64,000 nucleotides of DNA from a virus (lineage: Duplodnaviria; Heunggongvirae; Uroviricota; Caudoviricetes). The stretch lies in IMG/VR virus record IMGVR_UViG_2974506819_000001, positions 162,789 to 226,788 of that record; one strand, given 5' to 3'. Below, piece after piece: positions 1 through 8,698 of the stretch. Under the pieces are notes generated by a model that was not told the origin of the DNA, ran no database searches, and was given only the letters and a program-made list of their open reading frames with translations. Position 1 is the stretch's first letter. Every line of letters starts with the position of its first letter. The translations under genes were made by a program, and so were the position numbers.

Positions 1-1
1 A

Positions 2-574
2 ATCGTCGAATACCCAATGTCCAATTCTGACCGTGTGGGTTATGCAGTAACCAACGGTCTATGGTCTGATGGGGGTTCTCGCTTAATTGCCAAACTTAAC
101 AAGCTGGGTGAGGAAGAAGGAAACCTCTACCTGGATACGCTGGGCGTGCCGCGCAGTGAGAAATATGTTAATCGTAAAAAGGGCGACCTGGGTCCAGTTT
201 ACGGCAAGCAGTGGCGTAACTGGGACGCAACCTCCCGTCGTGGTATGATTGCCGGTCAGGCCGAAAGTATCGACCAAATTGCAGTGGTCATGGATCAGCT
301 GAGAAAAGACCCTGATAGTCGCCGTATCATCGTGTCAGCCTGGAACGTTGCAGAGCTGTCGCAAATGGCCTTGGCTCCGTGTCATGCCTTCTTCCAGTTC
401 TATACTCGTGAACTGAGTTTTGAAGAGCGTGAGAAATGGGTCATTATGAACGATGAAGATGAGAAGCTGGAAAACTATCTTAACGAGAGAATGGTTGACA
501 AAGAGCTTAACGAGATGTGGATGAACGATCGTAACGTTCCAACTCGAGCGCTGTCTTGTCAACTCTATCAGCGT
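2..574 (+). CDS. thyA: Thymidylate synthase, exon 1 (5' end lies upstream of the window)
   Basis: TS motifs [31 protein letters not shown] (catalytic Cys) and SCQLYQR. The frame is open from base 2. TS similarity stops after YQR at base 574. Confidence 0.95.
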
Positions 575-1663
575 AAACAACACTGCGCCTTCTAGTGGTG
601 ACACTAGTCGAAGAACACTCCCTAAAACGGGAAGAACTCCAATTGGAGAGAATCCGTTACTAAGTAATCCATTTCCAGGCATACTTCTTTTTTAAAAAGG
701 AGGTTGTTATGGAAGCTGTGTGTTATATCCTCTCTTTTAAGAAAGAAGGAAAAGTGAAAACGTACATTGGTCATACGGTTGAGTTTGATAAACGTTTAGC
801 TCGTCATCTCAGAGAGCTTAAGCAAGGTAACCACCACAACAGTGAGTTACAAGCTTTATATAACGAAGGCTGGGAATTTGACAGCCACAAGCTCATTCCT
901 GTTAAGAATAAAGTTTTGGCTCACAAGTTAGAGCAGGAACATATTCTCAATAGCCAAAATAATCCTGACGTCGTCAATATTGAATGTGGTAATGACACTT
1001 ACACCAACAATCCTCGTAAAGAGGAAATACGGGTGAAACTGATTACTCATTTAAAGAACTTCATGGACAGTCTTTCTGAGGAAGAAAAGAAAGAAGTCTA
1101 TGGACGGGTTGGCGAAGAAAATGGAATGTACGGTTCTACTCACTCCGAAGAAGCACGCAAAATAATCAGTGAAAAAGTTAAGGCTTATTACGAGACACAT
1201 GACGCACCTGCTAAAGGTAGAAAGCTTACCGATGAGCAACGTGCTCTTTTGTCCATTCTTGCATCCAATCGTACCGGTGAGTCTAATCCCTTCTATGGTA
1301 AGACTCATAGTGACGAAACCCGCAAGAAAATAGCCGAAGCTAAAAAGGGTAACCTCCCTGTTAACTCGAAGCAGGTATCGATTAACGGTGTGGTTTATAA
1401 AAGTATGTCAGAAGGTGCGAGAGATGTTGGTGTTAATCCAACCGTTGCTCTTTGGCGTATTAAAAGCGTTAACCCGAAGTATGCTGATTGGAAATGGGTT
1501 TAAATGTCCAACGACCAGAACGTGATTGTTCGTAGGGTTCAAGTGAACTCGAAATGGGAGAGCTTCTGCATATGCAGAAGGTGATATGGTCTGATCTGCA
1601 TGGTGACATGCAGCTGCAAGTAATGTTGCGGGGTGGGAGTAACGAACCCACCTGAACATATTG
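575..1663 (+). mobile_element. Group I intron (IA2-like) in thymidylate synthase
   Basis: Exon 1 ends in U574 and the intron ends in G1663; splicing restores [14 protein letters not shown]. Pairings seen: P1 GCGU(571-574)/GCGC(585-588), P10 CACU(581-584)/AGUG(1664-1667), P3 CUCCC(618-622)/GGGAG(1556-1560), P4 AACGGG(626-631)/UCCGUU(653-658), P7 GACCA(1513-1517)/UGGUC(1587-1591). Two extra stems lie between P7 and P3', followed by P8 and P9 hairpins. Confidence 0.93.
709..1503 (+). CDS. Intron-encoded GIY-YIG homing endonuclease (I-TevI-like, NUMOD3 repeats, C-terminal HTH)
   Basis: CYI...TYIG motif, R..H..L..G.H.N..LQ segment, conserved E (LEQEHI) and N (VVNI). NUMOD3-like repeats GEENGMYGSTHSEEARKIISE and GESNPFYGKTHSDETRKKIAE. 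Strong SD AAGGAGG. AT-rich relative to the flanks. Confidence 0.92.
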   Translation: MEAVCYILSFKKEGKVKTYIGHTVEFDKRLARHLRELKQGNHHNSELQALYNEGWEFDSHKLIPVKNKVLAHKLEQEHILNSQNNPDVVNIECGNDTYTNNPRKEEIRVKLITHLKNFMDSLSEEEKKEVYGRVGEENGMYGSTHSEEARKIISEKVKAYYETHDAPAKGRKLTDEQRALLSILASNRTGESNPFYGKTHSDETRKKIAEAKKGNLPVNSKQVSINGVVYKSMSEGARDVGVNPTVALWRIKSVNPKYADWKWV

Positions 1664-1960
1664 AGTGCTGACGTCTTCCTCGGCGTGCCGTTTAACATCG
1701 CCAGCTACGCGCTGCTGATTCACATGGTTGCTCAACAGGTTAACATGGTGCCTGAAGAGTTCGTGTGGACAGGCGGTGATGTGCATCTGTACTCTAACCA
1801 CCTGGAACAGATTAAAGAACAGCTGACCCGTGAACCACGTCCGCTGCCAAAACTGGTTATCAAACATAAGCCGGCCTCTATCTTTGAATATAACTTCATT
1901 GACTTTGAGCTGCAGGATTATGATTCACATCCGACCATCAAAGCACCGGTCGCGATTTAA
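1664..1960 (+). CDS. thyA: Thymidylate synthase, exon 2
   Basis: [25 protein letters not shown] and the C-terminal [10 protein letters not shown] are the canonical TS C-terminal part. Confidence 0.95.
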   Translation, partial: SADVFLGVPFNIASYALLIHMVAQQVNMVPEEFVWTGGDVHLYSNHLEQIKEQLTREPRPLPKLVIKHKPASIFEYNFIDFELQDYDSHPTIKAPVAI

Positions 1961-1974
1961 AACCATTTAATCTA

Positions 1975-2004
1975 TACTCCTACTCCCGTTGGGGAGTAGG
2001 AGTA
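1975..2004. terminator. Bidirectional hairpin terminator between convergent genes
   Basis: 13-bp perfect stem TACTCCTACTCCC/GGGAGTAGGAGTA with a GTTG loop. An identical copy lies at 40923-40952. Confidence 0.75.
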
Positions 2005-2014
2005 TTTATATTGC

Positions 2015-2941
2015 TTATTTTTTGCTTGCAATAAATTCAGAGAGTTTATTACATTCGGTGACGATAGCCAGGTTCAATTTGGTTACCTTAGCCACAGCGG
2101 TAATCCAAATCTTAAGCATCTCCATTACTTGACGAACGGTAACACCCTTTTCCCGTTCCGGCGCTTGTGAGTCATCGGTAGTCAAGCCCAGAGATTTTAG
2201 ATGCTCAAACGATTCGTAATACTTCTTGTAGAACGATTCGCTGCCTTGCAGGGATTTGAACTCTAGGTCCGCGTGCTCAACATAATACTCACATGTGCTG
2301 AGCGTTTGGGAGAAGTCTGTGGATGAAAAGGTTTTCTCATCCCCACCGGCGCTGATTAACTTCTTGGCGTAACCTTCCAGATCGTTGTAGAGTTTCGGCT
2401 CAACGTCTTTGCGTTTTTCCAGCTCGGTTAACGCATGGTCAAGGACGTTCTTACGCTCTTCAGCAATCTTGATGATTTTGTCACCGCGTGCTTTAACGTC
2501 GTCTTCGATATCGATGATTTTCATCTTCTCTTTGAACTCGACGGTGTTCACTACCTTCTTGCATTCCAGCAAGCTGGCTTTGGTTTCTTTCACAGCGGTT
2601 TCAGCGGTCTTCTTCTTAAAGAAGAAATCCCAGATACCACGGAAGATCTTCTGGATATACTCCAGCGCTTTACCGAAGGTTTTCTTGATGGTATCCATCG
2701 CCCCTTCGTTACCGTCACGCATCATCGGTACAATGCCTTGAGCGTACAGTGCGCCATGCAGGTATTCCTGTGCGTGGGTCAGTCCTTCCACACCAGTTAC
2801 CGGTGAGATGGTGTCAATCACGCCGTCCATTACCTGCTCGATGTGCTCTGGCAGACCGTCAAAGTCTTCAGCCTGAATATCAACACCTGGAGTTTCAGGA
2901 GCAAGGCCTTTGATTTCCAGGAAATCTTCGTAGTACGTCAT
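2015..2941 (-). CDS. Probable internal head (virion) protein with an acidic, protease-cleaved propeptide
   Basis: Acidic N-terminal region containing G-x-E motifs (TGVE/G, DGNE/G), followed by a basic helical domain. This is the pattern of phiKZ-family processed head proteins. Confidence 0.55.
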   Translation of the reverse strand: MTYYEDFLEIKGLAPETPGVDIQAEDFDGLPEHIEQVMDGVIDTISPVTGVEGLTHAQEYLHGALYAQGIVPMMRDGNEGAMDTIKKTFGKALEYIQKIFRGIWDFFFKKKTAETAVKETKASLLECKKVVNTVEFKEKMKIIDIEDDVKARGDKIIKIAEERKNVLDHALTELEKRKDVEPKLYNDLEGYAKKLISAGGDEKTFSSTDFSQTLSTCEYYVEHADLEFKSLQGSESFYKKYYESFEHLKSLGLTTDDSQAPEREKGVTVRQVMEMLKIWITAVAKVTKLNLAIVTECNKLSEFIASKK

Positions 2942-2990
2942 AATGTTCTATCCTGTCTGAATAAGGGTTAAAGTCATAACATTCTTATTA

Positions 2991-3018
2991 ATTTTCACAC
3001 CTACATTATCTATATGTA
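2991..3018 (+). promoter_or_regulatory. Putative early promoter (ATTTT...CTACATTA motif)
   Basis: ATTTTCACACCTACATTATCTATATGTA matches four other intergenic sites and resembles the phiKZ early TATATTAC element. Confidence 0.6.
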
Positions 3019-3050
3019 TTAGCAACCCTTGATGAATAAAGGATAGAGAA

Positions 3051-4730
3051 ATGACCGACATGTTTACTCCATGTAATAGCAACGACATCGATTTCAACAA
3101 GCTGGCACCGCAGACGTTCTATAAAGGTGATGAAGTTCGAGTGATTGTTGACCATGTGGTTAAAGAAGTGGAAGCGATGGTAACATCGACCATGGGCCCG
3201 AACGGTCGTCTGGCGGTAATCAGTTACGGTACCGAACCCAAGACCACCAAAGACGGCGTCACTGTAGCGCGCAGCATTAAGTTCACCAACGAAGCTGCCG
3301 AGTACATCAACCGTATCATCACTGAGCCGGCTCTGAAAACCGACGAAGAGTGTGGCGATGGTACCACGACAACAATCTTCTTAACCAAGCTGTTGTACGA
3401 TCTGATGATTGAACACAACACCTTCCTGAAACATAAACGCATTGAAGAAATCGTGCAGTTTATGATTCTTAAACTCAAAGAGATGGCTATTCTGCCGGAC
3501 GTGAACAGCGAAGAGCTAGCAGCGTTGGCGTTAACCAGTAGTAACAACGACCAGGCCATTGCGACCACGGTAGTACAAACGTACCGTGATTCTGAAACCG
3601 GGTTCCCACACATTGAGTTGCGTTCTGGTAGCCAGCCGCATGACGTGGTAGAACCTATTGCTGGTTTACCGCTGCGCATGAAGTTCGCTAACGCCGCGTT
3701 CAGTCGTTACGGTAACGGCGAGAACACCACGCTGACAGATTACGTGGCTGTGGGTGTGGATGCATTGTTGAGCGTTCCTAATGACGACGTTGGCAAGGTG
3801 TATCTCGAAGCGCTGAAAGAGCTGGCTGATAAATACCCGAACCGTCCTATTCTGTTAATTGGTCGCAGCATTGAAATCGATCTGTGCAACCTGGTGATGC
3901 AAGTTAACCGCCACAAGAACTCCTGGATTATTCCGGTAACCACTGGGCTGGGCGGTACGCTGGCAACCTTGCTGTTGGGCGATATCTTAACGGTGCTGGG
4001 TGGTAAGCTGGTGACCTCGGTTAGCGAAGTGGCGTCTGTGGAATTAATCCCGTCGTCAGATGAGCTGGTGTTGGGTTCTGACCGTGGGTTGGTAACTAAG
4101 CTGACCGCTGAATCTCAAGAGCGTGTGAATGCACGTATTGCAGAAGTTCAGGAAACCTTAAACCAGCTACAACAGGCTGACCGTTTCAGCTTACGTTCTC
4201 GTTTCACTGAAAGTCGTATCCGTGATTTGAAAGGCGAACTGATTGTTATCTATGTAGGTGGCGAAACCCAGTCCGAAGTCAAAGAGCGCATCGACCGTTT
4301 CGAAGACGTAAACAAAGCGGTACGCAGTGCACTGGATAACGGCATCCTGCCGGGGTCGGGCTATGCCATGCGTGAACTGGGAACGGAAGTTATGCGTAAC
4401 TTCGATAACGAAGAAGATCTCGAACTGGTGGGGGATATCTTCAATATCTGTTATCAACAATACTTCCGTCTATTTGGTTCGTTGGGTCTCTTTGATGCCC
4501 ATCGTTATCTTGAACTGGTGGACCAAATGGATGTGGATACTCTGGGCAGTGAGTTCAGTCGTTACATTAACCTGGCAACGGGTGAAGAAGGTCTGCCGCA
4601 TGAAATCGGTGTCTTCGATACTGCGTATGCTTCTATCACCGCATTGCGTGGTGGTCTGAAGACGGCGAAGATTCTGGCGCAAACCAGCACCATTCTGCTG
4701 GGTAGCAAACTGGGCTCTCGTCAATTCTAA
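3051..4730 (+). CDS. groEL: Phage-encoded GroEL-like chaperonin
   Basis: TMGPNGR, TTKDGVTVARSI, GDGTTTT, RFEDVNKAVRSALDNGILPGSG and GVFDT correspond to GroEL equatorial motifs. The apical region is divergent and there is no GGM tail. Confidence 0.92.
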   Translation: MTDMFTPCNSNDIDFNKLAPQTFYKGDEVRVIVDHVVKEVEAMVTSTMGPNGRLAVISYGTEPKTTKDGVTVARSIKFTNEAAEYINRIITEPALKTDEECGDGTTTTIFLTKLLYDLMIEHNTFLKHKRIEEIVQFMILKLKEMAILPDVNSEELAALALTSSNNDQAIATTVVQTYRDSETGFPHIELRSGSQPHDVVEPIAGLPLRMKFANAAFSRYGNGENTTLTDYVAVGVDALLSVPNDDVGKVYLEALKELADKYPNRPILLIGRSIEIDLCNLVMQVNRHKNSWIIPVTTGLGGTLATLLLGDILTVLGGKLVTSVSEVASVELIPSSDELVLGSDRGLVTKLTAESQERVNARIAEVQETLNQLQQADRFSLRSRFTESRIRDLKGELIVIYVGGETQSEVKERIDRFEDVNKAVRSALDNGILPGSGYAMRELGTEVMRNFDNEEDLELVGDIFNICYQQYFRLFGSLGLFDAHRYLELVDQMDVDTLGSEFSRYINLATGEEGLPHEIGVFDTAYASITALRGGLKTAKILAQTSTILLGSKLGSRQF

Positions 4731-4737
4731 ATAATAC

Positions 4738-4766
4738 AAGGGGGCTTCGGCTCCCTTTATTTTTTG
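4738..4766 (+). terminator. Intrinsic terminator after the chaperonin gene
   Basis: AAGGGGGC-TTCG-GCTCCCTT stem with a cUUCGg loop, then a T-tract. Confidence 0.8.
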
Positions 4767-4776
4767 TAGGTAAATC

Positions 4777-5037
4777 ATGTTAACCAAACATATGCGCTTG
4801 TTGTTAAAACCTGGGTTTCTGCTGTACCTGTTTGTAGCGCTGGTTATGGAACGGTTCTCTTTCACCGAATTGGGCCGTACCTTTATTCAACTTCACCTGC
4901 TATCCACCATCACCATTATTCTGCTGCACGGATTGCCTTTACGGGAAGCGTTTAAGATTAAGTACATGCTGTTGATAATGGTTAGCTCATTAGGATTTTA
5001 CTGCTTGTTCCATATTGTGTTAGCTTCTCTTTATTAA
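4777..5037 (+). CDS. Small membrane protein, unknown function
   Basis: 86 aa with 2-3 hydrophobic segments, SD-like TAGG upstream, co-oriented with tdk. Confidence 0.6.
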   Translation: MLTKHMRLLLKPGFLLYLFVALVMERFSFTELGRTFIQLHLLSTITIILLHGLPLREAFKIKYMLLIMVSSLGFYCLFHIVLASLY

Positions 5038-5051
5038 AAGGATAATTCGCG

Positions 5052-5639
5052 ATGTCCGCAAAACTGTATTTCTATTATGGTGCCATGAATGGGGCAAAGA
5101 CCACACAGCTCATTCAGAACGCATATAACTATCAAGAGCGCAAGATGCTGCCGGTGGTGATTAAGCCTAGCATGGATACCCGTGAAGGTGAAAAGCCGCG
5201 TGTGATTAGCCGTATTGGCTTAGAGTACCCTGCCATGATTGTGGAGTCCTACAACACCGACGCCATGATTGCGGCCTGCAAAGACATTCTGGCTACCGGT
5301 GTGAACGTGGTCATGGTAGACGAGTCGCAGTTCTTTAGCGTAGAACAGATTCGTGTACTGGAAGACCTGGTTGACGAACACAACATTCCGGTGGTGTGCT
5401 ACGGTCTGCGTAACAGCTTTAATAATGCCGGTTTCGAATCCATTGACTGGCTGTTGCGTAATGCCGACAAAATGGTTGAAGTCAAAAACATCTGCTTCTG
5501 CGGCGCGAAAGCCACTCACAACCTCATGGTCGTAGAAGGCAAGCCGGTAAAAGAAGCGGACAGTCCGGTTTGTGTGGGTGGGAACACCCTGTACCATGCG
5601 GTTTGCCGACGTCACTTTAAACGCGGGCAGTTCGAATAA
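5052..5639 (+). CDS. tdk: Thymidine kinase
   Basis: LYFYYGAMNGAKT P-loop, VMVDESQF, YGLRNSF, Zn site CFCG...CRRH. Confidence 0.95.
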   Translation: MSAKLYFYYGAMNGAKTTQLIQNAYNYQERKMLPVVIKPSMDTREGEKPRVISRIGLEYPAMIVESYNTDAMIAACKDILATGVNVVMVDESQFFSVEQIRVLEDLVDEHNIPVVCYGLRNSFNNAGFESIDWLLRNADKMVEVKNICFCGAKATHNLMVVEGKPVKEADSPVCVGGNTLYHAVCRRHFKRGQFE

Positions 5640-5640
5640 G

Positions 5641-5715
5641 AATTCTATGGTAGGTCTTTACTCTAACCTCCCCTCACCGGGAGGTTAGGGTGTTATCCAT
5701 GGTTTTTATTTTTTT
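5641..5715 (+). promoter_or_regulatory. Putative late promoter (AATTnTATGG) followed by a hairpin and U-tract
   Basis: TATGGTAGGT at 5646-5655 (same 10-mer at 11162-11171). Stem 5660-5691; T-run 5703-5715. Confidence 0.45.
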
Positions 5716-5727
5716 CGGAACTCCGCC

Positions 5728-8118
5728 ATGAAAGAAATCACTGAAGTGAAGGAATTCACTCCAATTGTCCCCTTGCTTGAACCGGGAGACAAAGTTGAAG
5801 GTGGCGACTCTGGTCCCAGTAACGCACAAGCAAAAGCGTTAGCAAACCGTACCGCCTTTTTGAAAGACGAGCAGGAAAAGCTCGATCAAAAGGTCGATAA
5901 TCTTGGTCCAACGGATGTGGGCGCAGAACCAACGGGTGCTGTACAGCAAGGTGTCGATGCTCACAAACAGGAGGCCGATCCCCATACGCAGTACGTGCGT
6001 AAGGATACCGCTAACAAACCCAATGGCTATTTGCAACTTGATGATACAGGTAAGTTACCTGCTGGAGTTATCAGTACCCTTTCTGCTCGCTATCTTACTC
6101 TGGCTACTGAAGCGGAAAGGCTAGCGCTGACGAAAGCCCCTGACCTGACGATTTGTGCTCAAGTCGATAACAACACGATGTACTACCTCAATGCGAATCT
6201 AGACCCGTCTGTGAAGACGAACTGGATCACAGGGCAGTCAGCTGTTGTATCAGGTCTTATCTCCTTCCACGGCCGTACAGGCGTCGTAGAACCCGAAGCA
6301 GGCGACTATGATGCAGACGACATCACCGAAACCCCTACCCGTGAATTTGTTACCCCACAACAGAAGCAGTCGTGGTCCGGTAAACAAGATACACTGGTGT
6401 CGGGTGTTAACATTGCTACCTTTAATGGTAAAAGTATTCTGGGTAAGCAGGATTTAAAACCTGCTGATATTGGGTGTGCTGAAACAGGCCACAAACACGT
6501 TCCTGATGACATCACAGGATTGAACACCCGTATCCAAACTGTAACCGGTAATGCTTTGGTGGCAGGCTCTGGCGCACAAGTGGTGTTTGACCCAGAAACC
6601 GGGAAAACCACGATCGGTATCAGTGGGAGTTCAAACGGCAGCGGATTGACCGTGATAACCCGTAACGGGTCCACTGCAGGACAGACACACTCTTTCCTGT
6701 TGGATAAACCCAGCGACTACAGTTTGATGGCTCAGGTATTAAAAGAAGAGATCGGCACCACGAACCAATCATACCCGGTAGATTCTTTTGATGCAGCGTC
6801 GGCTCAGTATTACGACATGACATCGGCTTTGACCTTCAACGGGGTTATGCAACCGTACAGCGGTGAACTATATACCCTTGCCCTGAATAACGGGTACTAC
6901 CAGTCAGTTATTGCTGCAGATGGCGTCTCTCTCAGTATTGATGCGACAGCCGGCGACCTGTTGATTCCTACGATGACATCGGATAGTGTACCCTCTGGTT
7001 ATGTCATTACCCAAAGTTCATCATACAACTCCTCGTACATGGGATGGAAAGCCTTTAACGGTAACCCTACTGACCCGGCGAACCGATGGTCTACTACAGC
7101 GGGTGCGCCGCAATGGCTGCAGATGCAGTTACCTGTCGCCACGGATGTAGCAGCATATGTCATGCAGACCCGACCAGATACTCAATTTGGTGGGATTCCA
7201 GCAGCCTGGACGTTGGCAGGGTCTAACGACGGCACTACCTGGACACCGGTAGACAGTCGCTCTGGTATTACCTGGACCAACAGCGAGAAGAAAACTTTTA
7301 CCCTTGCCAACAAAGTCAACTACCGTTATTTCCGTTTGACCATCACAGCGGTAACAGGTAACCAAGACCTGGTCACGGTGTCGTTGTTCAACCTGATGGG
7401 CCCGCAAGGCAAAGCGATTCTGAAAGCCAGTGACGGTCATAACTACACTGCCGCTAACGGCACATTAACTCAGGTGAGTGATGATCTGTCTCTGATTGAT
7501 TTCGACACCTCGGGTTTCTCTCAGTCCGGTACTATACTGGCATCAACCTTAGTAGGTAAGTTACCGATTACACTGGTCTCAAAGAACCCCATTAAAGCGC
7601 AAACTCGTTACCTGGCCAAAAACCAGATTGCGAAGATGAAGGTGGCCTTAAATGGATACCAATGGGCAAAGGTCAACAGTGCGGCCGTTGTGTCGACCCA
7701 AACCGGGAACGGTAAAGTTCGTATTGCGGTAAGTCGAGACAACAAAAACTTCTTTGCCTGGAGTGGGTCTGCTTGGGTGAGCTTGGGTATCTTAACCAAT
7801 GACGACACCAGTGCAATCACGCTCATTAACCAAGGTATGAGTCCGGCTACAATTGCAGGATTAACGTCTACGCAATGGATGGCATTGTTCGGTGGGGATA
7901 CCAGTGAACCCGATGTACTTGCTTTTGCTTACGGGTTGCAGGTTTCCTCAACAACAGATGTGGCAAGTTTGGACTCTATCACACTGAACGTAAACAACGC
8001 CAGTTTGTGGAAAGTTCAAACGCCAACAGAAGTAGAAATTCGTTGGAACCGTAAGTCAGTAAGTTTCAAAACGGTTACCGCGGGTAACTACAAATTTATT
8101 TACCAAACTCCTCGATAA
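5728..8118 (+). CDS. Tail fibre protein 1 with an F5/8 type C (discoidin) domain
   Basis: N-terminal GGDSGPSNAQAKALANRT and HKQEADPHTQY motifs typical of myophage tail fibres. Central discoidin motifs PQWLQMQLP, WTLAGSNDGTTWT, YRYFRLTIT. Confidence 0.8.
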   Translation: MKEITEVKEFTPIVPLLEPGDKVEGGDSGPSNAQAKALANRTAFLKDEQEKLDQKVDNLGPTDVGAEPTGAVQQGVDAHKQEADPHTQYVRKDTANKPNGYLQLDDTGKLPAGVISTLSARYLTLATEAERLALTKAPDLTICAQVDNNTMYYLNANLDPSVKTNWITGQSAVVSGLISFHGRTGVVEPEAGDYDADDITETPTREFVTPQQKQSWSGKQDTLVSGVNIATFNGKSILGKQDLKPADIGCAETGHKHVPDDITGLNTRIQTVTGNALVAGSGAQVVFDPETGKTTIGISGSSNGSGLTVITRNGSTAGQTHSFLLDKPSDYSLMAQVLKEEIGTTNQSYPVDSFDAASAQYYDMTSALTFNGVMQPYSGELYTLALNNGYYQSVIAADGVSLSIDATAGDLLIPTMTSDSVPSGYVITQSSSYNSSYMGWKAFNGNPTDPANRWSTTAGAPQWLQMQLPVATDVAAYVMQTRPDTQFGGIPAAWTLAGSNDGTTWTPVDSRSGITWTNSEKKTFTLANKVNYRYFRLTITAVTGNQDLVTVSLFNLMGPQGKAILKASDGHNYTAANGTLTQVSDDLSLIDFDTSGFSQSGTILASTLVGKLPITLVSKNPIKAQTRYLAKNQIAKMKVALNGYQWAKVNSAAVVSTQTGNGKVRIAVSRDNKNFFAWSGSAWVSLGILTNDDTSAITLINQGMSPATIAGLTSTQWMALFGGDTSEPDVLAFAYGLQVSSTTDVASLDSITLNVNNASLWKVQTPTEVEIRWNRKSVSFKTVTAGNYKFIYQTPR

Positions 8119-8127
8119 GGTGTAATC

Positions 8128-8643
8128 ATGCGCTATTGGATTCGTCGTGACACGTTAAGTTATGAACTTAGCGAAGATGACATGTCGTTCATGGGCTATG
8201 TGGAAGTAACCAAACGTCCCGATGTCTATTCGGAAGTTTACTCGTGGTCCTTTGCAGAAGGCCGCTGGGTAGCTGACCGTGAAGCATTGCGTGTTGCTAT
8301 TGCTCAGCGTCGTTTTGATGTTGAAACCGCCGGGGTGTATGTGGGTGAATACCGCATCGACACCACTGACCGCGGTAAGTTGATGTTAATGATGGCGGCA
8401 AGCCGTGCAGAGTCTCTGCCGGAAGGCACGTTGGTGTCGTGGAAAGTCTCCAATGATTCCTACACCTCGTTCACCCCTGCTCAAATCATTGCATTAAAGA
8501 ACGAAGTGTGTGACTACATCGGTCAGTGTTTTGAATACGAACGTTTGTTAGCGGACCGCATTATCCGCCAGGATTTTGATGTTGCTGAAATCACCGTTGG
8601 GTGGCCAAGTAACGTCATTACTCTGCCTGGGGTAGCGGCGTAA
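8128..8643 (+). CDS. Tail-fibre-associated protein (DUF4376-like)
   Basis: RRFDVETAGVYVGEYRIDT...W-K.....F...T..QI pattern; lies directly after a tail fibre gene. Confidence 0.7.
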   Translation: MRYWIRRDTLSYELSEDDMSFMGYVEVTKRPDVYSEVYSWSFAEGRWVADREALRVAIAQRRFDVETAGVYVGEYRIDTTDRGKLMLMMAASRAESLPEGTLVSWKVSNDSYTSFTPAQIIALKNEVCDYIGQCFEYERLLADRIIRQDFDVAEITVGWPSNVITLPGVAA

Positions 8644-8647
8644 TTTG

Positions 8648-8690
8648 TTGTCCGGTTCTGTTGGGAGAGCCGGGCAATTTCTTTTTATTG
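8648..8690 (+). terminator. Intrinsic terminator between the DUF4376-like gene and tail fibre 2
   Basis: 12-bp stem TTGTCCGGTTCT/AGAGCCGGGCAA with two G.U pairs, followed by TTTCTTTTT. Confidence 0.6.
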
Positions 8691-8698
8691 GTGATGGC

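Noticed and set aside
575-595. KQHCAF-stop as the C-terminus of thymidylate synthase
   Set aside because: This is read-through into the intron; TS continues at 1664 after splicing.
1661-1663. TTG start for a separate 99-aa gene
   Set aside because: G1663 is the intron's terminal G; the ORF is exon 2.
8645-8698. N-terminal extension of tail fibre 2
   Set aside because: It spans a terminator hairpin; ATG 8699 aligns with the fibre 1 start.
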